The notes beneath the pieces are model-generated. The model did no database searches. It was not told where the DNA came from and worked only from the letters and a program-made list of their open reading frames with translations. A DNA stretch of 64,000 nt from the NCBI GenBank assembly GCA_001662655.1, contig KV460211.1, one strand, 5' to 3'. Both the position numbers and the translations under genes were made by a program. Positions 61,481-64,000 of the stretch are shown in pieces. Positions within the stretch are counted from its first letter, which is position 1. Every line of letters starts with the position of its first letter. Source of the DNA: Pseudogymnoascus verrucosus. Lineage: Eukaryota.

Positions 61481-63698
61481 CTACTCGTCGTCGGTATCGG
61501 TGTCAGTGTCGGTGTCGCTCGGGATATCACCTTCCTCCTCTTCGCTGTCGCTCTCTTCGTCCGAGGACTCCTCGGCCTTCTTCTTGGACTTCTTCTTTGG
61601 GGGGGCGCCGGTGATGCCGCCGGTCTTCATGGCTTGCATTTGGCCCGCGAGGGAATCTGGTTGTAGTTAGTTATCTGATCTAGCTATGGTGGTTGTGGGG
61701 AGAAGGGGGAAAACATACCCTCATCCGGCTCGCTAATGTCATCATCGTCATCGAGTGCCATCGCCTTGCTCGCATCCTCCACCACGAGCGTAACCTCCAT
61801 CTTCGTATCAAAGCCAACGTAGCTATCACACACCAAGTGCATGACGAACGTATACTGACCCGCCTGCGGCGGCGCCTGGAATTGCGCCTTGAGGGTCTGC
61901 ATGTTGAACGTCGGCTTTGCGGCGTCGGTGAAAATAGGCTTGTCAAAGGTAGTGAAGGTGAATGGTGGAACGGCCATCTTGCCCTGTTTGCTATCGGTCA
62001 GGAACACGTGCCAGCGCGGCGAGTAGTCGCGGGCGTAGTAAGGTGCGTAGGCGAGAGGTGGCTGGACGGGCTTGCTGGCCTCGGCGCCGGACTTGGAGTC
62101 CTTCTTGTCGCGACCGAGAATGGCCTCGAGGTCGCCCTCATCGGGGTCGATGTCCTCGAGGTCGAGCTCGTTGACGGCGGGAACGCCGGCGCTGCCGGGG
62201 GGTACGAAGCGGCCCTTAACGACGAGAGAGACGAGGGAGCCGGGTGTGATGTGCTTCTCGCCGACGACCTTGAAGAAGGCCTTGGAGACTTGGAGATGCG
62301 GGAGTTGCAGGGCGACGTCCATGGCGGTCTTGAACTGGGCGTCTGAGAGGAGGCCGGCGCCGACGGTGAGTTTCGAGCGCTTGTTTTCGGGCATGGCCAT
62401 GAATTGCTGGAGCGAGGTGTGGACTTTGGAGTCGCCGTCGATGGCCTTGACGACCTCGGGGGTGAAGTGTGGGAGTTGCAGAAGAGGCGATGCCTTTGGT
62501 GGCAGAGCCTGGATAAGGCTTTGTGTAACGGCGTATGATTGGAGGATGGGGAGCGTTGCGCCAAATGCGAGAGAAATTGCTGTGAAGCTCTGGTTAAGGG
62601 CGTGTGCGATTGGTGCAACCTCGAATTTCAGTTCGTCCAGGGCGTTATCATCCAGTTCGATGCGGCCAAGGTATGCCCAGATGAGAGCGAGTGTCTTTCT
62701 CCTAACTCCACCCTCGAGATCTTCCAACTTCGTGCGGTCTTTAACAGTCAATCCAGCAGCAAAAGGTCCAAATTCTCCGTCGGCCAGGATTCTCGACTCG
62801 AGTCTGCCGAGGCTGACTTCTGCCTTGTTACCCTTCAGTACTTTATTGAACTCGACTCCAGAGCTAAGAGCGTAGACGACGTCGCCCTCGGCCATATCCT
62901 CCTCGTATTCCTTGAAAAGATTGTTTGCGCTCTCGATTAAAACCTTCTCTTTCGACAGAGCTTGGGTTCCGTACCACCACTTTCCAACGAGATATGGTAA
63001 TAAGACGCCCAAGAGGCCAGCGTAGATTATCAGGACGTATTTTCCATTGCCATCAGTAATAATAAATTGGGGTAGCGCAATGCCGATGCTAAAGCTTTGC
63101 TTTCCATCGGGATGGCCGAATTGTTGGTAGTTGTTGCGGATATCCTCGTCAGTGAGTGCCTTGTAAGCCTTTGTGAGGTCTACGAAGAAGTCATTGAGCA
63201 TCTCAATAGTCTCGTTCTTTGCTGGGTCTGGCTTGACCTTGTCGGGATGGTATTTAAGAGACATGCGCTTGTAATGTGACCTGATCTCCTTCTCGGTGGC
63301 GGATTCCGAGACGCCTAAAATATCATATGGATTCCAGATCTTTGTAATCGTCCTGGCGGTGACATGGATAAGGTATGCCATAAACCCAATCATTGCCCAT
63401 CCCAGAATAACGGTAACAATACGCTTCAGCTTCCTCTCTCGCCGTCTCTGCTTCTTGCGCTGTGCTTGTATGAGGTCGGCATGTTCGGGCTTGAAGTCGG
63501 ACAGGATTCGAGGGGCAGTGGCGCCAGGGTCAGAGCTGGGCTTAAGAACTGAATAAGTCAAGGGGATAGTGACTATTGCCGTGACGGTGAGGACAAAGAA
63601 GGGGAAGAATTGCCCCTACAAAATGTTAGCATAATTCAGGCGACGTCGCGCGAGAAGTGGCATACCTGTTCATCGTAACTATAATCTGTCCCCGACAT
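61481..63698 (-). CDS. SEC63: Translocon subunit Sec63 (J domain + Sec63/Brl domain)
   Basis: MSGTDYSYDEQ|GQFFPFF, WNPYDILG, HPDK, GHPDG, CDSYVGFD, acidic tail; introns 63665-63617 and 61718-61657. Confidence 0.96.
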
Positions 63699-64000
63699 TT
63701 TGTCTGGGCGTCTGGCAGAGCGCCGTCAATGTGTTGGTCTTGCGCGCAACCGTATACAGCTTATAGAAAGACAAATCAAACTCTTATAAGCTATTCTGAG
63801 AGCTTGGTGTCTAAGAGTTATTCGTTCTTTGCAAAAGGAGTGTTGGGGAATATGGAAGGCGAAAGTAGAAAGATCCCCCCCAGTTAACTGTTTTCTACCT
63901 TAATCGTCACACTTCAACCGTGTTCTGATCGATTTGACAAGGGGCTAAACATAACGCCACTAGTACATATATGGACTAGTGGCATGGCTTGTGGCCAACC

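Overview
Intron-containing eukaryotic DNA from a filamentous ascomycete. The subtilisin at 51-52 kb closely resembles, from memory, Destructin-3/SP3 of Pseudogymnoascus, so that genus is the likely source (inference). About 30 genes or gene relics were reconstructed by joining exons across GT..AG introns. Housekeeping genes: rps7, xylulokinase, DML1/Misato, MsrA, SEC63, a ferric reductase and a MetX-like hydrolase. Accessory modules of interest: (1) a Zn2Cys6 factor, absent from the ORF track, head-to-head with a saponin-hydrolase-like gene; (2) a divergent pair of a stand-alone RNase-T2-C-terminal-like secreted protein and an AphA-type purple acid phosphatase fused to a repeat stalk with a GPI signal, sharing a promoter built on a ~70-bp inverted repeat with Pho4/NUC-1-type CACGTG boxes; (3) a five-gene block (FAD monooxygenase, two MFS carriers, PTH11-like receptor, laccase) whose divergent promoters share a CGG-containing palindromic motif; (4) a decaying island at 45.6-56.3 kb with an APH-kinase pseudogene, BTB protein, intronless bacterial-type arginase-like gene, subtilisin, an HNH pseudogene with a RIP-like inverted relic of its own N-terminus, and an acidic gene broken by one in-frame TAG. 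No tRNA, rRNA, CRISPR array or intact transposase was found. All homology calls come from motif recognition, not database searches.
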